A DNA stretch of 64,000 bases, taken from NCBI GenBank assembly GCA_043809245.1, contig JAZDDZ010000054.1:36838-100837 (forward strand), read 5' to 3'. The stretch's first letter is position 1, and each line of letters starts with the position of its first letter. Shown here piece after piece: positions 37,301 to 46,248 of this stretch. The notes under the pieces were generated by a model. The model was given only the letters and a program-made list of their open reading frames with translations. It made no database searches and was not told the DNA's origin. Made by a program: the position numbers and the translations under genes. Source of the stretch: Candidatus Iainarchaeum sp. (GTDB lineage: Archaea; Iainarchaeota; Iainarchaeia; Iainarchaeales; JAZDDZ01).

Positions 37301-39434
37301 GTTCGTGGATAACAGCGCACCGGAAGTAGATAAGAACGTCGGTGAAAACAAGGTTGCCTGCGAGGAAGGCGAGGTATGCGATTACTACATCAACCAGAAC
37401 ACGCCGATAAGCTTGTCCTGCGAGGATGTGCTCCCACACCCGGTTGGAAATGTTTCACTGTGGTACCATTACAGGTATGCAAAGACCTGCGATGACCTTG
37501 GAACTGCAACTTGGTCTGAATTGGTTGACACTGAGGGAGAACCCATTTACTTCACAGAGGACTCATGCCACGAGTTAGAGTACTACTGCGAGGACGCATT
37601 GGGCAACACATCAGACACTTTCAGCGAAATAGACATTGTTGACACACAGCCACCTGAAATCACAAGTTCAATTGACGGCCCAAGCATTGTAATCGGTGAA
37701 AAGACATACATTGACACGGTTACAAAGATTCACATTGAAGCAACAGATCCAGATCCGCACCCAGTTGACAATGTGAAGTGCGAATGGTCTTACATCTTGG
37801 ATGACGGCCAGAGTATCTTCGGGGGAGACGATCAGGCACCTCCTTTGGATATAACTTTCCCTGAGGAATCAAAGCACAAACTGCACGTCAAGTGCTGGGA
37901 TGCATTGAAGAACAAAAGCGAACTGGTTGAAACATACTACGCTGACCACACGCCTCCGACAACTACAAAGACTTACGGAGACCCATTCTTCCAAGGCGAA
38001 GGAAGCGAGTGGATTAACAGCACTACACCCATAACTTTAACAGTTGACGATACAGGCATACACAAAACAGGAATTAAGGAAACAGATTACAGGGTAACGC
38101 TCGTTGACGACAGCTACTGCAGGCCGCCGGTGCAATGCATTGGTGACTGCATTGAAAGCGTCGTTTTGCCAAGCTGCGAGAATGCAGAAGGCTCATACGC
38201 CTGGCAAACCTATGAAGGGGAGCCATTCACAATAGGTGAGGAGTCATGCCACCTAATAGAGTACTACTCTGTGGATAACGTTGACAAGACAGAGAAAACA
38301 AAGAAACAGTGTGTCTTTGTTGACAACCAGCCACCCACTCCAGTAAAAACAGTCGGTGACCCCAACAGCGTGTGGACTCCTGGAAAGAATGGGGATGTTG
38401 AATCCTATTTCTACCCAGAGGAGACGGCTCACTGTTGGGATGGAACAGATCAAAACATTGACTGCTGGAAAGTCACATTGATGACTCCAATTAAATTGGA
38501 ATGCAATGACCCACAGCCACACCCAGTTGATAATGCAAAAGTTTGCTTCCAACTTGGTTTGGACGGGCAGGATGCAACGGAAAAATACTGCTCGCCGCGT
38601 AAATACAATGGGGAGATGGAAGACGGCTACTGCTGTGTTGGAAGTGAAATAGATCCATTCTATTTCAAAGAGGAGTCAGAGCACAACCTGAAGTACTACT
38701 GCGAGGATGCATTAGGCAACAGCAATAAGTTGGATGTGGATGAGGAGAAATTCAAGGTAGAAGGACAGCCATTCGAGATAAAGCTCTACAAGAAATGGAA
38801 TCTCATCTCAGTGCCATTCGTATTGCTGGACAGCAATGTTCAGGAAGTATTCAAAGGGCTTGACAAAAACATAGAATCCGTCTGGTCATATGATGGAACA
38901 ACAGGCGAATGGTCTGTCTACAGACCAGGAGTGCCAAGCAACTTGACAGAGATAAAACCAGGCTGGGGCTACTGGGTGAACGCATATAACAAGGTAAAGG
39001 TGCTCATTGGAGGAGCACTATTCTCGCCTGCTACAGTGCCACCGAGCAAGCCACTAGCGCAGGGCTGGAACCTCATTGGAACCTACGGTCTTAACTGGCA
39101 GGAATACCCAGACATGGATGACACAAAGTTGATTTGCGGTGTTCCATTCGGAAAAGTCTTCGGAACCAATGTCTACTGCGGTCTGAACTCACTTGTTGGA
39201 TCCATACAGGAAGGGCCAAGGTGGGCTTCCCTTGTAGGCTATGTTAGATGCAGCGACTACGATACGCAAGGCCAGTGGACTACAATGAATGCCTGCATTA
39301 ACAACTTCAACAAGTTGTATGCGGGAAGGGGTTACTGGATATACATGCGCATGAGTGACATCTACGCTCCGGCCACAACCTGCATCTGGAACGAAGACAA
39401 TATCTGCATTGACAACAATCCAAAATGGTTTTAA
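34380..39434 (+). CDS. Giant (1684 aa) secreted cell-surface protein: N-terminal signal/anchor, ~10 tandem Ig/HYR-like beta-sandwich repeats, and a distinct C-terminal domain
   Basis: SD GGTGG then ATG. N-terminal LIPLTILIFCLAIGIFAGTASAAH. The motif EESCH.IEYYS.D.LGN.E......FVD.TPP..K recurs ~10 times. C-terminal region KKWNLISVPF...WSYDG..GEWSVY...PGWGYWV. Confidence 0.7.
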   Translation: MSKTTTKPINSTSTRRLIPLTILIFCLAIGIFAGTASAAHNNSATISPVWSTPGEIEDYTVTICNVIGGNDSIDEVRLYQATGYTIQDPPNQKDGWYLSPYQPTKHYYLYTAESADNYIAAGECTDFTFSAKTPENEAACNLAWKFETRDITNVWKEVNAFTSVDGRAPTITKNVIGPQLMNGEGCPNGPGDGEECWVQDHETTITVSVEDTLIEGGCNPPSGVDYCDFTITLDGVPNDSWRIDAEQGAVYDEIVFEEDSVHVLGITCYDVAGNDVTDTETFRVDSTPPETDKTFNGPQKIDEKGVEWIDGVTTVTLTSDDPEAETTPEGVDCSIGVDKTWYANELADGESACFNPNNAEYCHAVLRNPYDAEGAKECIDDAQVYCEENWDEDWDSWAACVEDLAHNNCDVDSRWHLYDGNPIPKDEESCHILQYFSIDELGNTEDMQTNCFFVDKTPPAISKDVGDNKVPLCSLDDEGTVIVDESEMNKIKGEFGLTVTKEDIGDSIKWTFDFDEEDISGHTSTGAQVIIANDSVPLFTLGWSPGESTSAPVYKPYSGGWGAATTVLPAGMSVSGNYNETYYEIVIPKDALGGCPYYWAINGEATAPQALGTSSSVQENYPANWGRWTATNAAQGGNADNWWVTTKTPITLNCEDVGPHPSGDVTIYWKWRFDGGAWNEGSYQGESYDLYFNEESVHDLEFWCQDAVQKESEHDTETFRVDDTPPEIDKSMLGEEEVDYLGDCPPQDEEDICFVADNGRGGVHIDVSDPDPTTMGCNVDNSTCNYELWWQTTLANCQEYVGPDHLYNDGTGECFVEGGQFGEDGTDILFTQDSTHRLVVNCEDALGNEMNTDTEYFKVDSTPPVTTKTYGEPAYPENINEPGPYPHWITSDTPITLEATDNKVGVDKTFWRYAVVDNQWCETEASGCSTYDGELPDFTEYTGTVTLPEESCHLIEFYSKDLLGNTEKANRQCVFVDNSAPEVDKNVGENKVACEEGEVCDYYINQNTPISLSCEDVLPHPVGNVSLWYHYRYAKTCDDLGTATWSELVDTEGEPIYFTEDSCHELEYYCEDALGNTSDTFSEIDIVDTQPPEITSSIDGPSIVIGEKTYIDTVTKIHIEATDPDPHPVDNVKCEWSYILDDGQSIFGGDDQAPPLDITFPEESKHKLHVKCWDALKNKSELVETYYADHTPPTTTKTYGDPFFQGEGSEWINSTTPITLTVDDTGIHKTGIKETDYRVTLVDDSYCRPPVQCIGDCIESVVLPSCENAEGSYAWQTYEGEPFTIGEESCHLIEYYSVDNVDKTEKTKKQCVFVDNQPPTPVKTVGDPNSVWTPGKNGDVESYFYPEETAHCWDGTDQNIDCWKVTLMTPIKLECNDPQPHPVDNAKVCFQLGLDGQDATEKYCSPRKYNGEMEDGYCCVGSEIDPFYFKEESEHNLKYYCEDALGNSNKLDVDEEKFKVEGQPFEIKLYKKWNLISVPFVLLDSNVQEVFKGLDKNIESVWSYDGTTGEWSVYRPGVPSNLTEIKPGWGYWVNAYNKVKVLIGGALFSPATVPPSKPLAQGWNLIGTYGLNWQEYPDMDDTKLICGVPFGKVFGTNVYCGLNSLVGSIQEGPRWASLVGYVRCSDYDTQGQWTTMNACINNFNKLYAGRGYWIYMRMSDIYAPATTCIWNEDNICIDNNPKWF

Positions 39435-39570
39435 ATGAAAAAACGGGATAATGCATTTATCCCGTTCCTCCTTTCTTTTTTCTTTTCCTGAAGAAAAGGA
39501 TATATTTAAATAAATTGGCTAGGGAGAATATTTAGGTCAAATTAACCTTTTAACTGAATTAGGGGATTAA

Positions 39571-40743
39571 ATGAAGGTTGGGCAAATTTTTGGATTAATT
39601 GTTTCAATCCTATTTGTTTTTGCAATATCCAATTCAGTTTTAGCAGCGCCAGGGATCCCACACCAGTTTTTCGGCAATGTTACGATTAGTGGGCAGCCCG
39701 CGCCTAATGGAACAGTTATTGTTGCAAAGGGCGCCGGATACGAAAATGACACCACAACCACTTTGAATGGAACGTATGGTTATTCCCCTGTTTTTTTTGT
39801 GCATAACCCGAATGACAATAGGTCAGGAAAATTAATTGAGTTCTATATTGGCGACACTAAGGTTGGCGAGGCAACATTCGTAAAGGGGGGCTGCAACCTT
39901 TGTGGAGAAAATTGCGCCCTAGAAGCCTGTGTACCTTTAAATTTTGACGCTCCTTCAAGCGGCCCGATTTGCGGTGACACAAGCTGTAATGGAGCAGAGA
40001 ACTGTTCCACTTGCCCGCAGGACTGCGGAACATGCCCTCCTGCAGAGCCACCTCCAGTGATTAGCGGAGGCGGTGGCGGAGGGGGCGGCGGTGGAGGCGG
40101 AGGCGGAACAGCCACGCCGATTTTCGCGGTTGACAAGAACACTGCAATCATTGGCGAGACAGTCACTGTTACGGTTAAGTGCCTTTGGACTTACGGCTGC
40201 GTTTTAAACATTGACGGAAACCAGGTTCAGCAGTTCATTAACAGCATTGGATTGAAAAAATACGAGGCAAAATTTGATTCACCCGGAACAAAAGTCATTG
40301 AATTCCACAGGAAGGGAATGGGTGACACGCTTTTGGGAAATAAAAGCATTGTGATTTTGTCAGCGGAACAGGCACAGGCAATAGAGGATGGAAATGCAGT
40401 TGAAGAAGTTGTAAACATTCCAATAGACGACTGCGAGGGCGTTGTATGCCAGGACGATAATCCTTGCACTGCGGATTTTTGCGCGAACGCTGACTGCAAG
40501 TACGTTGCATTGGATGATGGAGTAGGATGCCAGTTAAACGGAGCGCAGGGAACATGCACTGCAGGGGAATGCGTTGTAGAGGAAGCGCCTGAAGGAAACT
40601 TGCCTTCAGCCACGGGTTTGTTCGGTTTGCCGGGAATGAGCGGTGGAATCATTTTGGGGTTAATTGTTTTGCTTGCAATTGATTTAATCGCTTTTTTTGT
40701 TGTCAGAAAAAACAGGTTAAACGCGGGAAAAGGCGCAAAATAA
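39571..40743 (+). CDS. Secreted Cys-rich surface protein with a Gly13 linker and a C-terminal TM anchor
   Basis: Signal MKVGQIFGLIVSILFVFAISNSVLAAPG. 6-Cys module CGDTSCNGAENCSTCPQDCGTCPP. Poly-Gly SGGGGGGGGGGGGGGTATP. Second Cys-rich block CEGVVCQDDNPCTADFCANADCKY...GTCTAGECV. C-terminal GGIILGLIVLLAIDLIAFFVV + RKNRL. Confidence 0.65.
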   Translation: MKVGQIFGLIVSILFVFAISNSVLAAPGIPHQFFGNVTISGQPAPNGTVIVAKGAGYENDTTTTLNGTYGYSPVFFVHNPNDNRSGKLIEFYIGDTKVGEATFVKGGCNLCGENCALEACVPLNFDAPSSGPICGDTSCNGAENCSTCPQDCGTCPPAEPPPVISGGGGGGGGGGGGGGTATPIFAVDKNTAIIGETVTVTVKCLWTYGCVLNIDGNQVQQFINSIGLKKYEAKFDSPGTKVIEFHRKGMGDTLLGNKSIVILSAEQAQAIEDGNAVEEVVNIPIDDCEGVVCQDDNPCTADFCANADCKYVALDDGVGCQLNGAQGTCTAGECVVEEAPEGNLPSATGLFGLPGMSGGIILGLIVLLAIDLIAFFVVRKNRLNAGKGAK

Positions 40744-40912
40744 AGTGCCACGATTGCACCCTATTTTTTGCTTTAAAAATTGGCTAATTATTAGTGCGCG
40801 ACAAAAGCACATAAGATAACGCTGAATAAGCCTAAATATAATGCATATTGGATATGGCATTTAATGCGCATTATTTATATGCTTTATTGTGCATCAATTT
40901 TATGGTGGTTTT

Positions 40913-41149
40913 ATGAATGTTGACCTTGGAGTGCCGTACGAGGCAATAATGAAAAAGGCAATTGAAAAAGGATATGCGGGAAACCAGACGGAAGTGGTCA
41001 GGCAGGCTTTGCTCAATTATGAGAGGGTGCTTGAGGAAGAAGAAAAAGAACTTGTTGCCAAGGCGGTTAAAATAGAAATGGGCGAGGTAAAAGCAGGCAA
41101 CATTAAAACCAAGCCCTTTGGCGAAATCAAGAAAAAGTTCAAGTGGTAA
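40913..41149 (+). CDS. ParD-like (RHH) antitoxin
   Basis: MNVDLGVPYEAIMKKAIEKGYAGNQTEVVRQALLNYE fits the ParD/CopG ribbon-helix-helix pattern. 2-nt spacing to the toxin gene. Confidence 0.5.
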   Translation: MNVDLGVPYEAIMKKAIEKGYAGNQTEVVRQALLNYERVLEEEEKELVAKAVKIEMGEVKAGNIKTKPFGEIKKKFKW

Positions 41150-41150
41150 A

Positions 41151-41411
41151 ATGGAAATACGGATTCTTGAAACCGCCGAAAAAGAACTTGAAAAAATATC
41201 CAACCCGTTAAACAAACAATTCGGAAAACACATTGAAAAAATTGCCTCAAAAGAAACCAACAAACACCTGAAACTAGGTTTGCCTTACTTTACCGAAAAC
41301 GTCACAAAACAAGCGAGAATTATCTATTACATTGAAGAAGAAACCATTTACATTCTGCATTGCTTTGCAACCCACAAAGAATATGAGAGATGGTACAAAT
41401 CATTCAAGTAA
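41151..41411 (+). CDS. RelE/ParE-family toxin
   Basis: MEIRILETAEKELEKI...ARIIYYIEEETIYILHCFATHKEY (RelE/ParE C-terminal signature). Confidence 0.6.
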   Translation: MEIRILETAEKELEKISNPLNKQFGKHIEKIASKETNKHLKLGLPYFTENVTKQARIIYYIEEETIYILHCFATHKEYERWYKSFK

Positions 41412-41575
41412 CAGCCACAAAAGACAAGCTTGTGTTTAAAAAAAACTTTTTGGAAGATAGGATAGGGATTCGTTTGGCTAAAAGGAAAAGCTTTTTTGGC
41501 GCAATTAAAGGCATTGGGGCCTTCAAAGAAAAAGACAGATTGGATTGCAGAAGCGGTTAAAGTTGTGTGATTTTT

Positions 41576-41920
41576 ATGGAGAAAATTTTGCCTTATAATT
41601 GCAGGTGCGGCGGAAAACTGAAGAAAAGCACCTGCAACGTGGAGTTTTTTGGAATAGATTTTGGCGCAAGGGAATGCGAGGTCTGCACTAAATGCAATTC
41701 CGAATACCTTGACGACAAGGTAATGGAAGAAATAGAAAACGAAGTCAAGGAAAAAAAGCTTTTTGCATTGGAGAGAAAAATTACTGTTACAAAGTCAGGG
41801 AATTCACTGGTTGTAAGGATTCCGCCGGAAATAGCCAAATTCAGCAAGCTTCATTATCAAAGCATTTTAAGGCTTGTTCCATTGACTGATAAAAGAATTG
41901 AGCTTGAAGTAATAGGCTGA
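41576..41920 (+). CDS. Zn-ribbon + AbrB/MazE-like fusion protein (paralog of 27721-28050)
   Basis: CRCGG...C..C.KC zinc ribbon, then RKITVTKSGNSLVVRIPPEIAKFSKL swapped-hairpin motif. Confidence 0.5.
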   Translation: MEKILPYNCRCGGKLKKSTCNVEFFGIDFGARECEVCTKCNSEYLDDKVMEEIENEVKEKKLFALERKITVTKSGNSLVVRIPPEIAKFSKLHYQSILRLVPLTDKRIELEVIG

Positions 41921-42067
41921 AATTACCGGGAAAAACAAGCCTTTTTAAACTATTTCCTAGGGAATTCCTTAGTAAGCCAAAAACAGCTATTTTAGCGCAT
42001 TTTGGTTTTTTTACCGATGACATACCCGGCCGTTTTGGCCGAGTTCGGGTTGGAGGTGAAAAAAAGT

Positions 42068-42433
42068 ATGGCATCGTACATAAAGTTCAGCATAACTGAC
42101 GAGTTAAAGGAAAAGCAAACGCATTTGCTTGACAAAATCAAAAAGCAGGGAAAAATTAAGGTCGGAAGCAACGAGGTTACAAAGGCAATTGAGCGCGGAA
42201 ACGCAAAGCTGGTTGTCATTGCGGAAGATGTTTCCCCGCCTGAAATAGTAATGCATTTGCCCTTGATTTGCGAGGAGAAAAACGTTCCCTATTCTTTCGG
42301 CTACTCAAAAAAGGAGTTAGGGGAAAAGGCAGGAATCAACACTGGCACTTCAGCGATTGTTGTAATCAATGAAGGCGAATCCAAAAAGGAGCTTGAGGAC
42401 CTGGCAAAAAAAATCCAGAGCCTTAAAAAGTGA
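42068..42433 (+). CDS. rpl7ae: Ribosomal protein L7Ae (eL8)
   Basis: Perfect SD GGAGGTGA 8 nt upstream. MASYIKFSITDELKEKQTHLLDKIKKQGKIKVGSNEVTKAIERGNAKLVVIAEDVSPPEIVMHLPLICEEKNVPY. Confidence 0.85.
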   Translation: MASYIKFSITDELKEKQTHLLDKIKKQGKIKVGSNEVTKAIERGNAKLVVIAEDVSPPEIVMHLPLICEEKNVPYSFGYSKKELGEKAGINTGTSAIVVINEGESKKELEDLAKKIQSLKK

Positions 42434-42447
42434 GAGCGTGATGTGGA

Positions 42448-42654
42448 ATGGATAGGGCAACGCCAGCGGAAATAGTGGAAATAGTCCAGCGGACAGGGGT
42501 TTACGGGGAAATAACCCAGGTGCTTTGCAGGATACTTGACGGCCCGGAGAAAGGAAGGGTGAAAAGGAGAAACGTTAAGGGAAACGTAAAGAAAGGCGAC
42601 TTAATAATGCTGTTAAGCACTGAAAGGGAAGCAAAAGAAATAAAGGCAAGGTGA
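42448..42654 (+). CDS. rps28e: Ribosomal protein eS28
   Basis: [40 protein letters not shown]. Confidence 0.85.
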   Translation: MDRATPAEIVEIVQRTGVYGEITQVLCRILDGPEKGRVKRRNVKGNVKKGDLIMLLSTEREAKEIKAR

Positions 42655-42658
42655 ATTT

Positions 42659-42904
42659 ATGGCTAGGTGTTCTTTCTGCGGAAACGAAATGGTCAAGGGC
42701 ACGGGCCTATTGTACGTGCTTAAAGAGGGAAACTTTTACTGGTTTTGCTCAACAAAGTGCAGGAAAAACCAGTTGAAGTTAAGGAGAAACCCGCGCAAGG
42801 TTAAGTGGACTTCAATGCATTTGCAGCAGAAAAACGCGTTGAAGGGCTCAAAGGAAAAGGAAGGCAAAAAAGAGAAAAGAAAAAAGAAAAAGAAGAGGAG
42901 GTAA
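42659..42904 (+). CDS. rpl24e: Ribosomal protein eL24 with a K-rich tail
   Basis: MARCSFCGNEMVKGTGLLYVLKEGNFYWFCSTKCRKNQLKLRRNPRKVKWT. Confidence 0.85.
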   Translation: MARCSFCGNEMVKGTGLLYVLKEGNFYWFCSTKCRKNQLKLRRNPRKVKWTSMHLQQKNALKGSKEKEGKKEKRKKKKKRR

Positions 42905-42909
42905 GCTGA

Positions 42910-43383
42910 ATGCAGCGCACTCTTGTAATAGTCAAGCCAGACGGAGTCAACCGTGGCCTGATAGGCGACATAACAGGCATTTTTGAAAGAAAGGGCCTCA
43001 AAATAGTCGCAATGAAAATGGAGAAACTGAAACAGTCACAGCTTGAAAAGCATTACTCGCAGCATTCAAGCAAGCCGTTCTTCAAGCAGTTGGTCGGATT
43101 CATGTCCTCGATTCCCTCAGTGTTATTGGTGCTGGAGGGAAAGGAAGCGGTAAAGGTTGTGAGGAAAATGGTCGGCGCAACAAACGGAAGGGAAGCAGAG
43201 CCGAACACAATCAGGGGGCTTTACTCCATGAGCACGCAGTCAAACCTGATTCACGCATCCGAATCAAAGGAAATGGCTGACAAGGAAATCACGTTATTCT
43301 TTTCGGACAAAGAGCTGCACGAATACCAGAAAATGGATTGCTTCTGGATTTACTCTCCGGAAGAGCTCAACGAAAAAAAATGA
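42910..43383 (+). CDS. ndk: Nucleoside diphosphate kinase
   Basis: RTLVIVKPDGVNRGLIGDI...NLIHASESKEMADKEITLFF. Confidence 0.9.
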   Translation: MQRTLVIVKPDGVNRGLIGDITGIFERKGLKIVAMKMEKLKQSQLEKHYSQHSSKPFFKQLVGFMSSIPSVLLVLEGKEAVKVVRKMVGATNGREAEPNTIRGLYSMSTQSNLIHASESKEMADKEITLFFSDKELHEYQKMDCFWIYSPEELNEKK

Positions 43384-43475
43384 GGTAAAGATTTAGGAAA
43401 AATGCATAGAGGAGAGGGGTCAGGATTAACATAAAACTGGGGGAGAACATTAGGTTCTCCCGCGGTTTTGAAAAA
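43384..43475 (+). promoter_or_regulatory. Conserved promoter + 5'-leader cassette, copy C (GATTTAGGAAAAATGCATAGAGGAGAGGGGTCAGG...GGGAGAAC-ATTAG-GTTCTCCC hairpin ...GCGGTTTTG), upstream of dut
   Basis: Same cassette as 12241-12330. The first 14 nt are identical to copy A. Confidence 0.6.
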
Positions 43476-43494
43476 GTGAAAGGTGAAAAAAGTA

Positions 43495-43926
43495 ATGAAG
43501 GTTTTGGTGAAAAAACTCGGCGCGGAAGTCAAAGACCTGAAATTTGCGCATGAGGGAGACGCGGGCGTTGACCTTTACGCAAACGAAACCGTGGAATTGA
43601 AGCCAATGGAGAAAATGCTTGTTTGCACGGGAATAAAAATCGCTTTGCCAAAGGGATTTGAGGCGCAGGTACGGCCGAAAAGCGGCCTGGCAGCGGAACA
43701 CGGAATAACTGTTCTCAATACTCCCGGAACAATTGATGCTGGTTACAGGGGGGAAGTGAAAGTGATTCTCATAAACCTCGGGGGCAAGGCATACACTGTT
43801 GAGAAAGGGAAGAAAATCGCTCAAATGGTTTTCAACAAAATCGAGGAACCGGAAATAGTTGAAGTGGAAGAGCTTGATGAAACCAGCAGGGGAGAAGGCG
43901 GTTTTGGGTCCACGGGACTGCATTAG
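43495..43926 (+). CDS. dut: dUTP diphosphatase (trimeric dUTPase/dCTP-deaminase superfamily)
   Basis: [12 protein letters not shown]...[29 protein letters not shown]...[11 protein letters not shown] motifs. Confidence 0.75.
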   Translation: MKVLVKKLGAEVKDLKFAHEGDAGVDLYANETVELKPMEKMLVCTGIKIALPKGFEAQVRPKSGLAAEHGITVLNTPGTIDAGYRGEVKVILINLGGKAYTVEKGKKIAQMVFNKIEEPEIVEVEELDETSRGEGGFGSTGLH

Positions 43927-43933
43927 GCAAGAG

Positions 43934-45697
43934 ATGGTTTTTATGACTCTGAGAACTCCGATAATTACCGTGATGGGGCATGTGGATAGCGGAAAAACGA
44001 AATTTTTGGACAGTATACGCGGCACAAGCATTGCGGAAAAAGAGGCAGGGGGAATAACGCAGCACATTGGCGCGACAGAGGTGCCGTTGCATGTGATAAC
44101 CAAAAGCGCGGGAACGCTGATGGAAAAATACAAGTTCAATGTTTCGCTTCCAGGGCTTTTGTTCATTGATACGCCGGGGCATGCGGCTTTCACGAATTTG
44201 AGAAAGCGCGGCGGAAGCATTGCGGATTTGGCGGTTGTTGTTATTGACATTAACAAGGGGTTTGAAGAGCAAACCATTGAAGCGCTTGAGATTCTGAAAA
44301 GCTATAAGACGCCGTTCATTGTCGCTGCAAACAAGGTTGACATGATTCACGGATGGCACGTGACAAAGGGAAGCATTACCGAGGGCCTTGCGGTTCAGGC
44401 TGAAAAAATATTGCAGGAGCTTGACGAAAAAATTTACGTGCTTGTCGGAAAACTGCACGAAAAAGGGTTTCAAAGCGAAAGGTTTGACCGAGTAAAGGAT
44501 TTCACAAAGGAAATTCCGATTGTGCCGATAAGCGCAAAGCAGGTTGAGGGAATTCCTGAAATCTTAATGTTTTTGGCTGGCTTAAGCCAGAGGTTCATGG
44601 AGAAAAAGCTGGCTGTGCACGTGAAGGGCCCTGGAAAGGGAAGCATTCTAGAGGTAAAGGAAGAAAAAGGTTTGGGAAAAACGATTGACGTTATTTTGTA
44701 TGATGGAACTATTCGCGTGGGCGATGAAATTGTTTTGGCGGGAATGAATGGTGTGATTAAGACAAAGATCCGCGCATTGCTTGAGCCAAAGCCATTGACT
44801 GAGACAACTGCTTCTGGGGAAAAATTCAAGCCTGTTCAGGAAGTTCATGCGGCGGCTGGATTAAAGATTGCCGCGCCAGGGCTTGACGAGGCCTTGCCCG
44901 GCTCTCCGTTAAGGGTTGTTGTTTCAGGGGAAGAGGAAAAAGAGGTAATTGACGAAGTCCAGAGGATAAAAATTCATTCCGATGCAGTCGGGGTTCTGGT
45001 GAAAACAGATGCCTTGGGTTCACTGGAGGCAATTGAAAAGCTGTTGACGGGAAAAGGCATCAAGCTAAGGAAAGCCGACATTGGCGAGGTTTCAAGGAGA
45101 GACGTGATGGAGGCTGAAACCGTAAAGGAAAAAGATCCCTTGAATGGAGTGATTTTTGCATTCAATGCAAAGGTGAACGAGGCCGCAAAAAGCGAGGCTG
45201 AAAAAAGGGGGGTAAAAATTTTTGAGGAAAGGGTCATTTACAGGCTTATAGAAAATTACGAGGAATGGTGCGGAAAGGAAAAAGAGGAAATCAAGAGAAA
45301 GGCATTCGAGCACTTGACCACGCCGAGCAAAATTCTTTTAATGACAGGGCATGTTTTCCGCAACAGCAAGCCCGCAATATCAGGGGTCAAGGTCCAGCTT
45401 GGAAGGATTAGGAAGGGAATGGATTTGATGAGGGAAGGTGAAGTTGTCGGAAGCATTGAATCAATCCAGTCAGAGAACAAGTCACTGGATGAGGCAAAAC
45501 AGGGGGAAGAGGTCGCGGTCTCCATCAGCGGCGCGGTTTTCGGCAGGAACATATTTGAAGGGGAAGAGCTTTACTCGTTCATTACGCCAAACCAATTGAA
45601 GGAACTGGAAAGGCTCAGGGATTCTTTGAGCCCGGGGGAACAGAAATTGCTTGAGGAAATAAAGGAAATGGAGCTCAATGCAAAGGCAAGGGCGTGA
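43934..45697 (+). CDS. infB: Translation initiation factor aIF5B (IF2 homolog)
   Basis: RTPIITVMGHVDSGKTKFLDSIRGTS...FIDTPGHAAF...AANKVD GTPase motifs, plus a beta-barrel C-terminal domain. Confidence 0.9.
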   Translation: MVFMTLRTPIITVMGHVDSGKTKFLDSIRGTSIAEKEAGGITQHIGATEVPLHVITKSAGTLMEKYKFNVSLPGLLFIDTPGHAAFTNLRKRGGSIADLAVVVIDINKGFEEQTIEALEILKSYKTPFIVAANKVDMIHGWHVTKGSITEGLAVQAEKILQELDEKIYVLVGKLHEKGFQSERFDRVKDFTKEIPIVPISAKQVEGIPEILMFLAGLSQRFMEKKLAVHVKGPGKGSILEVKEEKGLGKTIDVILYDGTIRVGDEIVLAGMNGVIKTKIRALLEPKPLTETTASGEKFKPVQEVHAAAGLKIAAPGLDEALPGSPLRVVVSGEEEKEVIDEVQRIKIHSDAVGVLVKTDALGSLEAIEKLLTGKGIKLRKADIGEVSRRDVMEAETVKEKDPLNGVIFAFNAKVNEAAKSEAEKRGVKIFEERVIYRLIENYEEWCGKEKEEIKRKAFEHLTTPSKILLMTGHVFRNSKPAISGVKVQLGRIRKGMDLMREGEVVGSIESIQSENKSLDEAKQGEEVAVSISGAVFGRNIFEGEELYSFITPNQLKELERLRDSLSPGEQKLLEEIKEMELNAKARA

Positions 45698-45752
45698 GTG
45701 TTATGGTAAAAAATTTCATTGAAAAAAAATGTTTTTGTTGGAGGGATTGAAA

Positions 45753-46223
45753 GTGAAACTGGTTATTTCTGACCCGAAAAGCGGGAAGGCTTTCTCGAAA
45801 AACGTGGAGGACTCAGCGATTTTCATCGGGAAAAAAATAGGCGAAGAGATTTCATTGGACAGCATTGGCCTGGGAGGATACACCGCCAAAATATCGGGTG
45901 GTTCGGACAAGGATGGCTTTCCGATGAGAATGGATTTAAGCGGCGCCGCAAGGAGGAAGATTTTCATTGTGTCAGACAAAAGAAGCGGCACAAAAATCAG
46001 GATTTCAAAAAGAGGAAACACGGCGGGAAAGGAAACAAGCCAGCTGAACCTTGTGGTATCAAAGCACGGCTCAACGCCTTTCCAGGAATTAATGCCGAAA
46101 GAAAAAGTTGAGGTTAAACAGGAATCAGTCAAGGAACAGATGATAAAGGAAAGCCACGAGGCGGCTGCGAAAATGAGCGCTGAAGAGGCAAGAAAATTCA
46201 TAAAGGGAAAGGCAAAGGCGTAA
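45753..46223 (+). CDS. rps6e: Ribosomal protein eS6
   Basis: KLVISDPKSGKAF...GGSDKDGFPMRMDLSGAARRKIF. Likely GTG start after GGAGG. Confidence 0.78.
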   Translation: MKLVISDPKSGKAFSKNVEDSAIFIGKKIGEEISLDSIGLGGYTAKISGGSDKDGFPMRMDLSGAARRKIFIVSDKRSGTKIRISKRGNTAGKETSQLNLVVSKHGSTPFQELMPKEKVEVKQESVKEQMIKESHEAAAKMSAEEARKFIKGKAKA

Positions 46224-46248
46224 AAAAATGAGAAAGAGGAATTGATGC

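Noticed and set aside
40066-40107. GGN repeat tract considered as a possible CRISPR-like or non-coding repeat
   Set aside because: It is in-frame coding sequence (a Gly13 linker) inside a well-supported secreted protein. There is no spacer/repeat periodicity.
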